A DNA stretch of 60,239 nt, filler included. It is 9 parts of 9 records of this genome, joined end to end, with 100 filler letters (N's around TTAATTAATTAA, not from the genome) between each part and the next. Parts side by side here need not be neighbours in the genome. Positions count along the whole stretch, not along the records: positions 27,440 to 32,650 come from SRR31156797_57585; positions 32,751 to 38,427 come from SRR31156797_57594; positions 38,528 to 47,766 come from SRR31156797_57598; 6 more parts are not named here. One strand, written 5' to 3'. Shown here in pieces: positions 31,066 to 41,521 of this stretch (its first letter is position 1; every line of letters begins with the position of its first letter). The notes beneath the pieces were generated by a model that worked only from the letters and a program-made list of their open reading frames with translations, searched no databases and was not told the DNA's origin. Position numbers and translations under genes: made by a program.

Positions 31066-32556
31066 TTACACTTCAAAAAACTGAACGAGTTTTTTAAGTA
31101 TATTTTTCTTTTGTTCTTCTTTTGTTTTAGGTTTATTGTTTTTCTTAGTTCTAATTTCTTTTTGTCTTTCTGCATTTTCATTTTCTCGTTTAACTAAGTA
31201 TTCAGTTATTTTATTTAATAGATGCATATTTTCTTGAATTACTTCTGTAAAACTGGCTTTATTAAGAGAAAATACCTCTACATCTTCCGGTGCATATATT
31301 GTTGCATTTCTCTTTTTCCCGGTTAATAAAGACATTTCACCGAAGAAATCGCCTTCTTTTAGAGTAGCAACTTTTTTATCATTTATTAATATATCAACTT
31401 TTCCCTGCCTTATAATATAAAATGAATCCCCCTCGTCTCCTGCGAAGCATATATACTCGCCTTTTCCGAATGTTTCCATTTTAGTTTTTTTAGCGATGTT
31501 CTTAATTTCGCCTGTTTCAAGGTCTTGAAGAAAGTTAACTTTCTTGAGCATGCTTTCTTTTTGGCTAAGAATTTTTTGTTCATCAATTTTAGCTGGTACA
31601 TATAGTTCTCTAACAGGAAATGGTATCTTAATACCCTCTCTTTTAAATGCATACCAAATTGCCTTATATAGTTCACTTTCTATAAATACTCTGCTATAAT
31701 AATCAATTTTAACCCATACTCTTAATTCGTAATCAATTGAAAAGTCATTATAGCCTATAACAACAACTTTTGGTTCCGGCTCTTTTAGAACCTTTTTATT
31801 TGCTCTGGCAATTCCTAACAGAGTAGATTCAACATGATTAGGATAATCATTATATGATGTACCAATTTTGATATCAAGTCTTACTTTGACTTTTTTATGA
31901 TAGTTAATCATTTCTTGTTTGATTAAATTACTGTTTGGAATTGTAATAACTCCACCACCGTACTGTGAAAGTCTGGTAGAACGCCAATCAGTTTCAATAA
32001 CTCTTCCAAGGATATCTTCAATTTCGATAACATCGCCTCTTTGGAAAGATTTTTCAGAAGTTAAAACTATTCCAGCTATGAAGTTAGTAAGCGCATCTTG
32101 CAAAGCTAAACCGACAACAGCTGATAAGATTGCAGATGTTGTAAGTAATGGTCCGAGATTAATGTTATGATACTCTTTTAAAATAAAGAAAAGTGTTATT
32201 ACAAACGTTGAGACGATTATTAAACTCCGGACAAGTTTTGGGAATTCAAAATCTCCAAGATTTTTTAATACTTTAATACTATAGTTTGCATCATTAATTA
32301 AAATATCAAGAATTTTAATAACAGGTAAACTCATCAAAATATATAAATACCCTAATGATTGCTTTGTATTTAATATTTCGAAGTCTACTACAATAAGTCG
32401 TAAAATAACAAGAAAATATGTAATATATACATAGTTCATTATTTTAGCATGATTAACAATAAATCGCTTAATTAGGAAAATTGAAAGTATAAGAGCAAAG
32501 GTAGTTAAACCAGCTGCTTCTAATGTTTTCATTGTAATTTCTGTGATATTTTCCAT
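31066..32556 (-). CDS. MscS-family channel fused to a cyclic-nucleotide-binding domain
   Basis: GLALQDALTNFIAG, FQRGDVI, WRSTRL, IPNS and GIKIPFP, followed by the CNB motifs GDSFYII and GDFFGEMSLLTGKKRNAT. Confidence 0.92.
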   Translation of the reverse strand: MENITEITMKTLEAAGLTTFALILSIFLIKRFIVNHAKIMNYVYITYFLVILRLIVVDFEILNTKQSLGYLYILMSLPVIKILDILINDANYSIKVLKNLGDFEFPKLVRSLIIVSTFVITLFFILKEYHNINLGPLLTTSAILSAVVGLALQDALTNFIAGIVLTSEKSFQRGDVIEIEDILGRVIETDWRSTRLSQYGGGVITIPNSNLIKQEMINYHKKVKVRLDIKIGTSYNDYPNHVESTLLGIARANKKVLKEPEPKVVVIGYNDFSIDYELRVWVKIDYYSRVFIESELYKAIWYAFKREGIKIPFPVRELYVPAKIDEQKILSQKESMLKKVNFLQDLETGEIKNIAKKTKMETFGKGEYICFAGDEGDSFYIIRQGKVDILINDKKVATLKEGDFFGEMSLLTGKKRNATIYAPEDVEVFSLNKASFTEVIQENMHLLNKITEYLVKRENENAERQKEIRTKKNNKPKTKEEQKKNILKKLVQFFEV

Positions 32557-32650
32557 ATTATCCCTCTTTTCATTTTTTGCATAGCAATGTAAAAAGGAAA
32601 ATAAATCCCTTTAAATCTCTATATCTATATAAATTTTAATTAGTTTCTTA

Positions 32651-32750
32651 NNNNNNNNNNNNNNNNNNNNNNNNNNNNNNNNNNNNNNNNNNNNTTAATT
32701 AATTAANNNNNNNNNNNNNNNNNNNNNNNNNNNNNNNNNNNNNNNNNNNN
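32651..32750. other. Artificial contig linker
   Basis: N-runs around TTAATTAATTAA. Confidence 0.99.
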
Positions 32751-33437
32751 GGCGGACAGCGGCAGCGCGTCGCCATGGGCCGGGCGATGGTGCGCGACGC
32801 CGGAACCTTTCTGTTCGACGAACCGTTGTCGAATCTGGATGCGAAACTGCGGACCCAGATGCGGGCCGAACTGGCTTTGATGCGCCGCCGTCTCAACAAG
32901 AACATGATCTACGTCACCCACGATCAGATCGAGGCAATGACGCTTGGCGACCGGATCGTCGTCATGCACAACGGCGTCATTCAACAGGAGGGATCGCCGG
33001 AAGAATTGTTCAAGCGCCCGGCCAACAAGTTCGTCGCCGGTTTCATCGGCAGTCCGGCCATGAACTTCCTGGACGGCGAGTTTACCGAACAAGACGGGTG
33101 CCCCGCGGTGTCGGGATCCGGCTTCACCTTCCGGTTGTCCGACGATCGAAAAGACATTCTGGCAGCACAAAAGGGCCGCAAGGTCATCGTCGGCGTCCGC
33201 CCGTCGGTATTCACCGCCCATTCCGGCGGCGGCGAAGCCGTCAATCTCATTTCGCTGCCGGCCCTGGTGTCGGAATACATCGGCGCCCATTCGGTTCTGA
33301 TCGCCGACTGCGGCGGCACCCAGGTTACTGTCGATATCGATTCAGAAACGCCCATCGCGGTGGGGGAGGAACTGTCCTTCACCGTCGATCCGTCCGCCAT
33401 CTATCTGTTCGATTCGGAGACCGAAGCGACCCTTTGA
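32751..33437 (+). CDS. MalK/UgpC-type sugar ABC ATPase (5' truncated)
   Basis: [40 protein letters not shown] and a C-terminal TOBE region. Confidence 0.93.
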   Translation, partial: GGQRQRVAMGRAMVRDAGTFLFDEPLSNLDAKLRTQMRAELALMRRRLNKNMIYVTHDQIEAMTLGDRIVVMHNGVIQQEGSPEELFKRPANKFVAGFIGSPAMNFLDGEFTEQDGCPAVSGSGFTFRLSDDRKDILAAQKGRKVIVGVRPSVFTAHSGGGEAVNLISLPALVSEYIGAHSVLIADCGGTQVTVDIDSETPIAVGEELSFTVDPSAIYLFDSETEATL

Positions 33438-33509
33438 ATCGGGCAAATCAACCGCGGTATCCAACAAACGGGGCCGCATGTCATGGATAGACAAAAGGGA
33501 GAAAACTCA

Positions 33510-34856
33510 ATGCGCTTCACCTGGAAACAACCGCTTCTCGCCGGTGCCGCGGGGCTCTGTGCCGTGGCATTGGTGGCGGGTTCCGCACTCGCCAATCCTT
33601 ACGAGAAATACAAGGACACGGTGCTGGTCGTGAACTTCCCGGCCCATCCGCACTATGACGCCGTCGCCAAGGTTCTGCCGGACTTCACCAAGGAAACCGG
33701 CATCGAGGTCGAGGTCGACAAGCTGCAGTACATGCGCATGCACGACAAGCAGGTGCTGGAGATGTCGAAGCCGACCGGCGATTACGACCTCATCTCCTAT
33801 GTCATCATGTGGAAGACCGAATACGTCTCGAAGAACTTCCTGTCGCCGCTGGCGCCGTTCTTCGTCAACGCCCAACTGGCCGATCCCGCCTACGACGCGG
33901 AAGACCTGTTGAAAGCCTATGTCGAACCCGTCGGCTTGGTCGGCGGCAAGCGCGGTTACCTGACCGGCATCACCTCCGCTCTCTACGGCGTGCCCTTCGG
34001 TTCCGAGACGTCGGTGCTCGGTTACCGCAAGGATATCTTCGAAAAGCACGGTCTGAAGGTGCCGGAAACCTACGAAGAGATGCTCGACCTGACCTGCAAA
34101 ATTCCGCAGCTCGAACCCGGCATGGCCGGTCTGACCAGCCGCGGCGCGGCCGGTCACCAAGTCGTTCACGGCTGGTTGCTGCACCTTTCGCCCTACGGCG
34201 GCGCCATCTTCGACGACTACTGGAAGCCGATCTTCGATCAGGAAGCCGGTGTAAAAGCGGCCCAGGCCCTGAAGAAGATCCTGGAATGCGGCCCCGAGGG
34301 CGGCAACAGCTTCGGCTTCTCGGAAATGAAGAACGCCTTCCTGCAGGGTAAGGCGGCGATGTATCTTGATTCGGTGTCGATCGCAGGCGAAGCCGAAGAT
34401 CCGACCAAATCGAAGATCGCCGGCAAGATCGGCTGGGCCAAGCATCCGAAAGCCAAGGTGCGGGCCTCGCAGACCGGCGGTTTCGGCATCGCCATTCCGC
34501 AGAACTCGAAGAACAAGGAAGCGGCGTTCCTGCTGTTGCAATGGCTGACCAGCAAGGCAACCGACAAGAAGATCGCCTTGGCCGGTGGTTCGCCGAGCCG
34601 CCTGTCCACTTACGAAGACCCGGAACTGCAGAAGAAGTTCCCGCACTATCCGGTCTTCGCCGATGCCTTCCAGTATGCCGCCTATGACTGGCGTCCGCTG
34701 ATTGCCGAATGGGGCGAACTGAACGCTCCGACCTTCGGCGTTGCGGTCTCCGAAGCCATGACCGGCACGAAGACCATCGATCAGGCCTTCGCCGACGTCA
34801 AACCGCGCGTCGTCGAAATCATGACCAAAGCCGGCTACTATAGCTGGGGACGGTAA
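33510..34856 (+). CDS. CUT1 carbohydrate ABC substrate-binding protein
   Basis: Signal peptide, FTKETGIEV, LYGVPF...YRKD, FLQGKAAM and NKEAAFLLLQW. Confidence 0.9.
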   Translation: MRFTWKQPLLAGAAGLCAVALVAGSALANPYEKYKDTVLVVNFPAHPHYDAVAKVLPDFTKETGIEVEVDKLQYMRMHDKQVLEMSKPTGDYDLISYVIMWKTEYVSKNFLSPLAPFFVNAQLADPAYDAEDLLKAYVEPVGLVGGKRGYLTGITSALYGVPFGSETSVLGYRKDIFEKHGLKVPETYEEMLDLTCKIPQLEPGMAGLTSRGAAGHQVVHGWLLHLSPYGGAIFDDYWKPIFDQEAGVKAAQALKKILECGPEGGNSFGFSEMKNAFLQGKAAMYLDSVSIAGEAEDPTKSKIAGKIGWAKHPKAKVRASQTGGFGIAIPQNSKNKEAAFLLLQWLTSKATDKKIALAGGSPSRLSTYEDPELQKKFPHYPVFADAFQYAAYDWRPLIAEWGELNAPTFGVAVSEAMTGTKTIDQAFADVKPRVVEIMTKAGYYSWGR

Positions 34857-34940
34857 GTCCCGGCGTTTGCGCCTCCCGGAGTCGCCTCCGGGGGGCGCAT
34901 CCCCGCCACCCAATGACACCCTGACTGCGAGTTTCCGGCA

Positions 34941-35843
34941 ATGACCGTGAAATCCCTCCTGAACCGTTCGACGCCCTACATGTTCCTGTTGCCGGCGCTG
35001 GCCGTGATGGGCGTCGGATTGTTTTATCCGGTCCTGCAGTCCATCGTGCTCAGCTTCCAGGATTGGGAACTGGGGCGGCCGCCGGAATCGGCGGACTGGG
35101 TGTTCTTCGAAAATTACCTGTCGCTCATTCGCGATCCGAAGGTTTTGGAATCCGCCGTCGTCACGCTCACCTTTGCCTTTGCCGTGGTCGTGTTCGAAGT
35201 GGTGCTCGGCGTATCGTTGGCGCTTCTGCTCGAACGCCCGATCGTCGGCATGACGGTATTCAGAACCATCTTCATCCTGCCGATGATGGTGGCGCCGGTG
35301 GTTGTCGGTCTGGTCTGGCGCTACATGTACAACGAACAATTCGGCATTTTGAACAAGATCGCCAAGGGTATCGGCATCGGCGGCATACCGTGGTTGTCGT
35401 CGCCGGACATGGCGTTGACGTCGGTCATCATCGCCGACGTCTGGCAGTGGACCCCCTTCATCTTCATTTTGGCCATGGCGGCGCTGCAGGGTTTGCCCTC
35501 GTCGGCGCTCGAAGCCGCGCGCATCGACGGCGCTTCGCCGATGCAAACCGTATTTTTCATCAAGATTCCCCTGATGATGCCGGTCATCATCGTCGCGACG
35601 TTGCTGCGCATGATCGACGCCTTCAAGGTGCTCGAGGTGATCTACATCATGACCGATGGTGGTCCCGGGCTCAGTACCGAGATCCTATCCCTGCACATCT
35701 ACAAGACGGCCTTCGTCTCGCAACAGTTGGGACGGGCTTCGGCGCTCTCGAACTTTCTGTTGATGATCGTTCTGGCTCTGTCGATCGGATTGTTCATTTT
35801 CAACAAGATGCGTGAAGCCCAAGCGCGCAAACACAAGGTGTGA
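34941..35843 (+). CDS. Carbohydrate ABC permease (MalF-like)
   Basis: LPMMVAPVV, WQWTPF, EAARIDGA and TDGGPG. Confidence 0.93.
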   Translation: MTVKSLLNRSTPYMFLLPALAVMGVGLFYPVLQSIVLSFQDWELGRPPESADWVFFENYLSLIRDPKVLESAVVTLTFAFAVVVFEVVLGVSLALLLERPIVGMTVFRTIFILPMMVAPVVVGLVWRYMYNEQFGILNKIAKGIGIGGIPWLSSPDMALTSVIIADVWQWTPFIFILAMAALQGLPSSALEAARIDGASPMQTVFFIKIPLMMPVIIVATLLRMIDAFKVLEVIYIMTDGGPGLSTEILSLHIYKTAFVSQQLGRASALSNFLLMIVLALSIGLFIFNKMREAQARKHKV

Positions 35844-35854
35844 GGCAGGCGGAT

Positions 35855-36697
35855 ATGGCGGCTTCCAGGCGAAAATCCAAGCGTTACGAAACGATCGGCT
35901 ACTACGTGCTGATGATTGCGCTGGCACTGTTGTGCCTGGGCCCGATCATTCTGATGCTGTCGACGTCGTTCCAGTTGAAGACCCAGATTTTCGACGATCG
36001 GACGACGTTCTTCTTCATCCCGACCCTGAGCAACTATATCGACGTCTTCAATGAAGAACGGCTGTCGCGCTATTTGATGAATTCGTTGATCGTCGGCCTT
36101 GTCTCGACCGTCATCACGCTGGTCGTCGGCTGCATGGCGGCCTATGCACTGGTCCGCTTCCGGTTCATGGGCCGCGACGTCGTTTCGATCACCACGCTTT
36201 TGCTGCGAATGGTTCCTCCGGCGGTGCTGTGCGTGCCGGTCTTCATGATATGGACCTACGATTTCGGGCTGGAAAACACCCTGACCGGGGTGATTTTGAT
36301 CTATATCGCGCTCAATCTGCCGTTCGTCGTGTGGATTTTGCAAAGCTTCATCGAGCAGGTACCTCCGCAATTGGAGGAGGCGGCGCGGATGGACGGGGCC
36401 AATCCGCTGCAGACCTTTTTCCTGGTCGTCCTGCCGACCATCCGGCCCGGCCTGGCGGCGGCGGCGATCTTTACCTTCCGCATTTCCTGGAACGAATTCA
36501 TCCTGGCCCTGGTTCTGACCAATCGCTTCACGCGGACGATGCCGGTGATGGTTTCGCTGTTCATCACCGAACACAACATCGAATGGGGTCAGATCATGGC
36601 GGTCGGCACCCTGATCGCCATCCCGCCGCTGATCTTCACTTTCATCGCTTCGAAACAGATCATCACCGGATTGACGGCCGGCGCCGTCAAGGGGTGA
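35855..36697 (+). CDS. Carbohydrate ABC permease (MalG-like)
   Basis: YLMNSL, EEAARMDGA, SWNEF and ITGLTAGAVKG. Confidence 0.93.
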   Translation: MAASRRKSKRYETIGYYVLMIALALLCLGPIILMLSTSFQLKTQIFDDRTTFFFIPTLSNYIDVFNEERLSRYLMNSLIVGLVSTVITLVVGCMAAYALVRFRFMGRDVVSITTLLLRMVPPAVLCVPVFMIWTYDFGLENTLTGVILIYIALNLPFVVWILQSFIEQVPPQLEEAARMDGANPLQTFFLVVLPTIRPGLAAAAIFTFRISWNEFILALVLTNRFTRTMPVMVSLFITEHNIEWGQIMAVGTLIAIPPLIFTFIASKQIITGLTAGAVKG

Positions 36698-36701
36698 GTC
36701 C

Positions 36702-37931
36702 ATGGCGGTGCAAAAAGAAAAACACGCGATCATTCTGGGTACGCTCGATACCAAGGAACAGGAGATCGCCTATCTCCAGGAATGTTTCGCCGCGCTTGGG
36801 CAGCCCGTCAAGACCATCGATCTGGGCGTTCTGGGAGAGCCGAAAACGTTCGCCGATATCACCCGCGACGAGGTTGCCGCGCGTGCCGGCACGACCGTCG
36901 CCGACTTGCGCGACGGGGCGACCGACAAGATAGAACCCCTGCGCGGAATGTCGCGTGGCGCCATTGCCATTGTCGAGGACATGATCGCATCCGACAGCGT
37001 CGCCGGCGTCATCGCCATCGGCGGCGGCGTCGGTACCTGGCTCGGCGCCACCGTCATGCGCGCCCTGCCGTTCGGCCTGCCGAAGATCGTCGTGTCGACC
37101 CTGCCGTTCGATCCCCGGCCGCATCTCGGCGCCAAGGATATCGTTATTTTTCCGTCCGTCGCCGATGTCCTCGGCCTCAATCCGCCGTTGCGCAAGGTCC
37201 TTCGCAATGCGGCCGCCGCCCTTTGCGGCATGGCTGCCGTCAGCGCCGAACCGACGGCCGAAAAACCGGTCATCGGGATTACCGGAATGGGCATCACGAC
37301 GCCGGCCGTCCTGGCCGCCCGTGGCGTGCTCGAGGATCAGGGGTTTGAGGTCGCCAGCTTCCACGCGACCGGTCTGGGCGGGCAGGTGTTCGAGGAATGG
37401 ATCGACAACGGAATGTTCCCGGCCGTGCTCGATCTGACCACTCATGAAATCACCGATCATCTGTTCGGCGGCACCGGCGGTCCGAGTGAGGTTCGCCTGC
37501 TGACCGCCGGCCGCAAGGGCATCGCACAGGTCATCGCGCCGGGCGGCGTCGATATCATCAGCCGCGGCCCTATCGAGACGCTGTCGAAGGTCGAGCGAAA
37601 ACGGTTGCACTACCGCCACAGTCCCTTTTTCACGCATGTCAGGGTTACGCAATCCGGCATGCGCCGCGTCGCCAGCACCATGGCCCGACGGCTCAATACC
37701 GCCCGCGGACCGACCGCCGTGGCGATTCCGCTGAAGGGATTTTCGGATCAGAACCGGCCGGGCGGCGCCGTATACGATCCCGATGCCGACGGCGCCTTTA
37801 TCGAAACCCTGACAAAGCGGCTGGCGAAAAGGATCCGGTGCGTCGAGATCGACGCGCATATCAACGACGACGAATTCGCGGTCTGCGCCTGCCGTCTTTT
37901 GCGGGAAATGATGGACCTGAAAAAAAGCTGA
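36702..37931 (+). CDS. Tm-1-like ATP-binding domain protein (UPF0261)
   Basis: LGTLDTK, GGGVGT, MRALPFGLPKIVVST, SVADVLGLN, GMGITTP, FHATGLGG, LDLTTHE and DAHIND. Confidence 0.88.
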   Translation: MAVQKEKHAIILGTLDTKEQEIAYLQECFAALGQPVKTIDLGVLGEPKTFADITRDEVAARAGTTVADLRDGATDKIEPLRGMSRGAIAIVEDMIASDSVAGVIAIGGGVGTWLGATVMRALPFGLPKIVVSTLPFDPRPHLGAKDIVIFPSVADVLGLNPPLRKVLRNAAAALCGMAAVSAEPTAEKPVIGITGMGITTPAVLAARGVLEDQGFEVASFHATGLGGQVFEEWIDNGMFPAVLDLTTHEITDHLFGGTGGPSEVRLLTAGRKGIAQVIAPGGVDIISRGPIETLSKVERKRLHYRHSPFFTHVRVTQSGMRRVASTMARRLNTARGPTAVAIPLKGFSDQNRPGGAVYDPDADGAFIETLTKRLAKRIRCVEIDAHINDDEFAVCACRLLREMMDLKKS

Positions 37932-37940
37932 ACCCGATAA

Positions 37941-38427
37941 ATGGGAGTGGAGACCAAGGTGGACCGACAAGACATCCTCGAAAAGAAACAGGAATTGATC
38001 GCCATTGCCAGGCGTTCCTTCGATCGCGGCCTGCAGACCGGTACCGGCGGCAATATCAGCATCCGCCTGGGCAGCCGGGATGCCGTCGTCATCAAGCCCA
38101 GCGGCGTCGGTTTCGCCGAATGTTCGGCCGAAAACCTACAGGTCGTCGGTCTCGACGGCACCGTTCTCGAAGGCGATGCGTCGCTGAAACCCAGCCAGGA
38201 CATGCCGTTCCATCTGGGCATCTACCGAGTGCGTGAAGACGTCAACGGCATCGTCCACGTTCATTCGCCCTGGGCCACTTCCTGGGCGTCGGCGGGCAAG
38301 GAAATCCCGACGCCGACCGTGCATTCGCGGGCCAAGTTGGCACGCATTCCGCTGATTCCGGTCGGGCCGGACGGCGGCAACCAGACCCCGGAATCGATCG
38401 TCGAGGTCTACCGCGACGAAAAAATGA
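37941..38427 (+). CDS. Class II aldolase/epimerase (AraD/FucA family), 3' truncated
   Basis: GTGGNIS, IKPSG, KPSQD...H and IVHVHS zinc-binding motif. Confidence 0.88.
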
Positions 38428-38527
38428 NNNNNNNNNNNNNNNNNNNNNNNNNNNNNNNNNNNNNNNNNNNNTTAATTAATTAANNNNNNNNNNNNNNNNN
38501 NNNNNNNNNNNNNNNNNNNNNNNNNNN
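38428..38527. other. Artificial contig linker
   Basis: N-runs around TTAATTAATTAA. Confidence 0.99.
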
Positions 38528-38868
38528 AAATTGGGAAAAAGAACCATTTATGGACAGTCACTATTTAATATAACCCATAATTGCGGGCCCGGCCTTAAGG
38601 ATCCGCGATTGTTGTTAATTTATCTATTTATATTAGAGAGTTACTATCAGTTAAAACTTTATTCAGAGCAGCTATGCTTGGCAAGATAGATCATTCATCT
38701 TGACTCTAAACAATATTTCAGTAAATTAGTTCAAAGTCTCGATTGTGCGAATAAGACCCTAAAATGCTATGAATCATCCAAGCATATTTGATGAAGCTTG
38801 CATTTTCAGCGCGTAATCTCGATTATGAATAACTTGAAACATAATTGATAAAGAAGAGGAGAATTGAA

Positions 38869-39222
38869 GTGAGTATTCGATCCAACAGAGTTTTTGCATC
38901 TGCCCTTGCGTTAGTCGCGTTAATCAGCTTTAGCTTCGTCCTTTACGGCTGCGGGTCGTCCGAAAAGGACAAGGCCATGGAAATGGCGGATAAATTTGAA
39001 GCTTTGGTTGACAAAACTATTGAAAAGCTCAAGGAGAAAAAGGACGCGAAGGACATGCAGGGCATGGCCAAGGTAATGGAGGAATTTCAAAAGGAATCAG
39101 CCGCGCTGACAGAGGAATTCAAAAATTTGAAAGGCGATCTTTCTGAAAAGGATAAGAAGGAAGTTGAACAGCGTTTTGAGAAGATAGTCCAAAAGATGAC
39201 GAAAATGTTTACAATGCAATAG
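38869..39222 (+). CDS. Helical lipoprotein of unknown function
   Basis: GAGGAG RBS, GTG start, lipobox LYGC and a charged coiled-coil mature part. Confidence 0.75.
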   Translation: MSIRSNRVFASALALVALISFSFVLYGCGSSEKDKAMEMADKFEALVDKTIEKLKEKKDAKDMQGMAKVMEEFQKESAALTEEFKNLKGDLSEKDKKEVEQRFEKIVQKMTKMFTMQ

Positions 39223-39290
39223 TGAGTTTGGCGAGGGCGGTTGAAGGGGGACGCGCCCTCGCGGACTTAAAAAAAATTATCAGGTTTTAA

Positions 39291-40265
39291 TCACTTTACC
39301 GCGCCGAGTTGATAGGCGCATCCGAGTAGCGCGGGGGCGTCGCAGGTAATGGCCAGAGTCGGAATCAGGTCGACCACCTTTTTCCCTCGGCCCTTTTTTT
39401 CAAATCGCTCACGGAAGCTGCTTTTTTTCAATATATCAAGTATGCGCGGGACAATGCCCCCGGCCAGGTACACGCCGCCGTAAGCCAGGTGCATAAGGCC
39501 CAGGTCGCCGGCGGCGTCGCCAAGCCAGGCGCAGAAGAGATCAATTGTTTCCACGGCCAGATCGTCGTCCCGGTTCAAGGCTGAGGCGACTATATCCTGC
39601 GGCTGTTTTTTCAGGGCTTCCACCTGTTCCAATTCAGCCAGGGCTGAATACAATTCCACTATTCCGGCTCCGGAAAGCACCCTTTCCACGGAAACCCTGC
39701 CCCAACGATCCCGGATAATCTTGCAGATTTCCATTTCCCTGTCCGTGAGAGGAGACAGACTGGTGTACCCTCCTTCGGAAGGAACCGGCCGCCAGCCGTT
39801 TTCCAGGGGAATCAACCCGGACATACCCATACCCGTGCCTGGTCCGAGAACGGCTTTTGGAACCGGTTCGGAAGGAATATCGAATACAGGACCAACAGGA
39901 ACCATATCTTTTGCTCCCAAGTGAGGCAAGGCCAGGGCCAGGGCCTCAAAGTCGTTCATGACTTCCAATTGCTCAAGACCAAGATCTTTCTTAAGCGCTT
40001 TTATGGAAAAAGACCAGGGAGCATTGGTCAGTCCGACCTGGTCGCCGGCAATGGGGCCGGCAATGGCCAGAACGATCCTGGCCGGTTTTGGTCCGGACGA
40101 CTGCCTGAGAAATTCATCCAGGGCCGCTCTTAACCCGGGATAGGATTTTGTGGGCAGCTTGACGACTTTTCCGGGACGGCCTTGAGGATTAAGCCAGGCA
40201 AACCGGGCGTTGGTGCTGCCGATGTCGGCGACAACGGCAGCCAGTTCTTTATTTATTTCCGACAT
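39291..40265 (-). CDS. glk: Glucokinase (E. coli Glk type)
   Basis: ADIGSTNARF, LTNAPW, NDFEALA, GPGTGMG, SEGG, ERVLSG and GGVYLAGGI. Confidence 0.9.
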   Translation of the reverse strand: MSEINKELAAVVADIGSTNARFAWLNPQGRPGKVVKLPTKSYPGLRAALDEFLRQSSGPKPARIVLAIAGPIAGDQVGLTNAPWSFSIKALKKDLGLEQLEVMNDFEALALALPHLGAKDMVPVGPVFDIPSEPVPKAVLGPGTGMGMSGLIPLENGWRPVPSEGGYTSLSPLTDREMEICKIIRDRWGRVSVERVLSGAGIVELYSALAELEQVEALKKQPQDIVASALNRDDDLAVETIDLFCAWLGDAAGDLGLMHLAYGGVYLAGGIVPRILDILKKSSFRERFEKKGRGKKVVDLIPTLAITCDAPALLGCAYQLGAVK

Positions 40266-40274
40266 GGATCGGCG

Positions 40275-41516
40275 TCAGCTCCTTGCAGGCAAGGGGATGT
40301 AATCTTCAAGCTCGGGGCAAGGAAATTCAATTGTCCGTCCCTGTTCGGCGGAAAGGTAAAGGGCCATGAGTATTTCCATAACAGCCACACCGTCGTGGAA
40401 TGTTTCTATGGGCGTTTCGCCTTTACGGAAGCATTCGACCATGTGCCGGTTTTCATCCACATACCCGTATACACTGGGTTCGTCTTCCAGGACGGGCATA
40501 AGGCCCTGTTCGGCGTTTTGTTTTTCCACCAGGTCTTCGCCCTCTTCACCCTTGACTTCCCTGGACATGAAAATCTTGAGTCCGCTATTGAGGGAACTGT
40601 ATTCCATGGCGTATTCCGGCCCGAGCAGTTCCAACTGGATACGGAGGCCAGGTCCGACATAGGCCCACGACGTGGTTGCTTCGATTATCAGTTCGGCGCC
40701 CTCCTTGTCTTCCAGGGTCAATAAAGCCCTGGCAAAATCTTCGGCCGGACGTCTTGAATAATCGACTTCGCCGCCCATCATGCCCTTGAGTCTTTCCACG
40801 TATTTTGGTTTGGTCCATTTAAGGTTGGCAATGGCGCCGGATGCGCTTTTTAGACGCAAGGAATCCCTGGAGACGCCTGGTTCGGTGAGCATAAACCGGG
40901 CCACTTCCACGCTATGGCACATCATGTCGGATAGAACGCCGCCGCCTTGCAGGTCTCCGCGCCAGAACCAGGGTTCGTGGGGGCCGCTGTGTTCTTCGGC
41001 GGCCCGGGCCAGGTAAGGACGTGAAGTGGCGCCCGCGGCCCTGCGCCAGACGATTTCCTTGCCGCGAATAACCGGGGTGCAGAATACCTGGTTTTCAAGG
41101 TACCCGTGCTTGAGTCCGGCGTCTTCGGCCAGGTTCAGCATTTCGCGGGCCTCGCCCAGGTTGCGGGCCAGTGGTTTTTCGCAGGCCACGGCAAACACTT
41201 TACTTTCACCGCTCTTGACCATCCGGTTGATGGTTCTCATGGTGTCCAGACGGGTGTAATTTGGAGAAAGAATCCAGACCGCGTCAATATCCGGCGCATT
41301 GAGCAGTGCTTCCAGGGAATCGTAGGCCCGGCACTGCCCCAGTTCCATGTCATTGACGGTCTGGGCGAGTTTTTCCCGATTTGCCGGCGTAGGGCTGTAT
41401 ATTCCGTTTATTTCCACGTTGCGTACGCCGACCATGGCCTGAACATGGAAATTTCCAATGAATCCGCTGCCGATAAATCCCAGGCGCAGTTTCTTGAGAG
41501 GATAATCTTGGGTCAT
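40275..41516 (-). CDS. Gfo/Idh/MocA family NAD(P)-dependent sugar oxidoreductase
   Basis: GFIGSGFIG, CEKP and GGGVLSDMMCH. Confidence 0.9.
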   Translation of the reverse strand: MTQDYPLKKLRLGFIGSGFIGNFHVQAMVGVRNVEINGIYSPTPANREKLAQTVNDMELGQCRAYDSLEALLNAPDIDAVWILSPNYTRLDTMRTINRMVKSGESKVFAVACEKPLARNLGEAREMLNLAEDAGLKHGYLENQVFCTPVIRGKEIVWRRAAGATSRPYLARAAEEHSGPHEPWFWRGDLQGGGVLSDMMCHSVEVARFMLTEPGVSRDSLRLKSASGAIANLKWTKPKYVERLKGMMGGEVDYSRRPAEDFARALLTLEDKEGAELIIEATTSWAYVGPGLRIQLELLGPEYAMEYSSLNSGLKIFMSREVKGEEGEDLVEKQNAEQGLMPVLEDEPSVYGYVDENRHMVECFRKGETPIETFHDGVAVMEILMALYLSAEQGRTIEFPCPELEDYIPLPARS

Positions 41517-41521
41517 AATTA

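Noticed and set aside
33507-37970. Long minus-strand ORFs (679, 351 and 427 aa)
   Set aside because: Antisense shadows of GC-rich ABC and UPF0261 genes that have clear family motifs on the plus strand.
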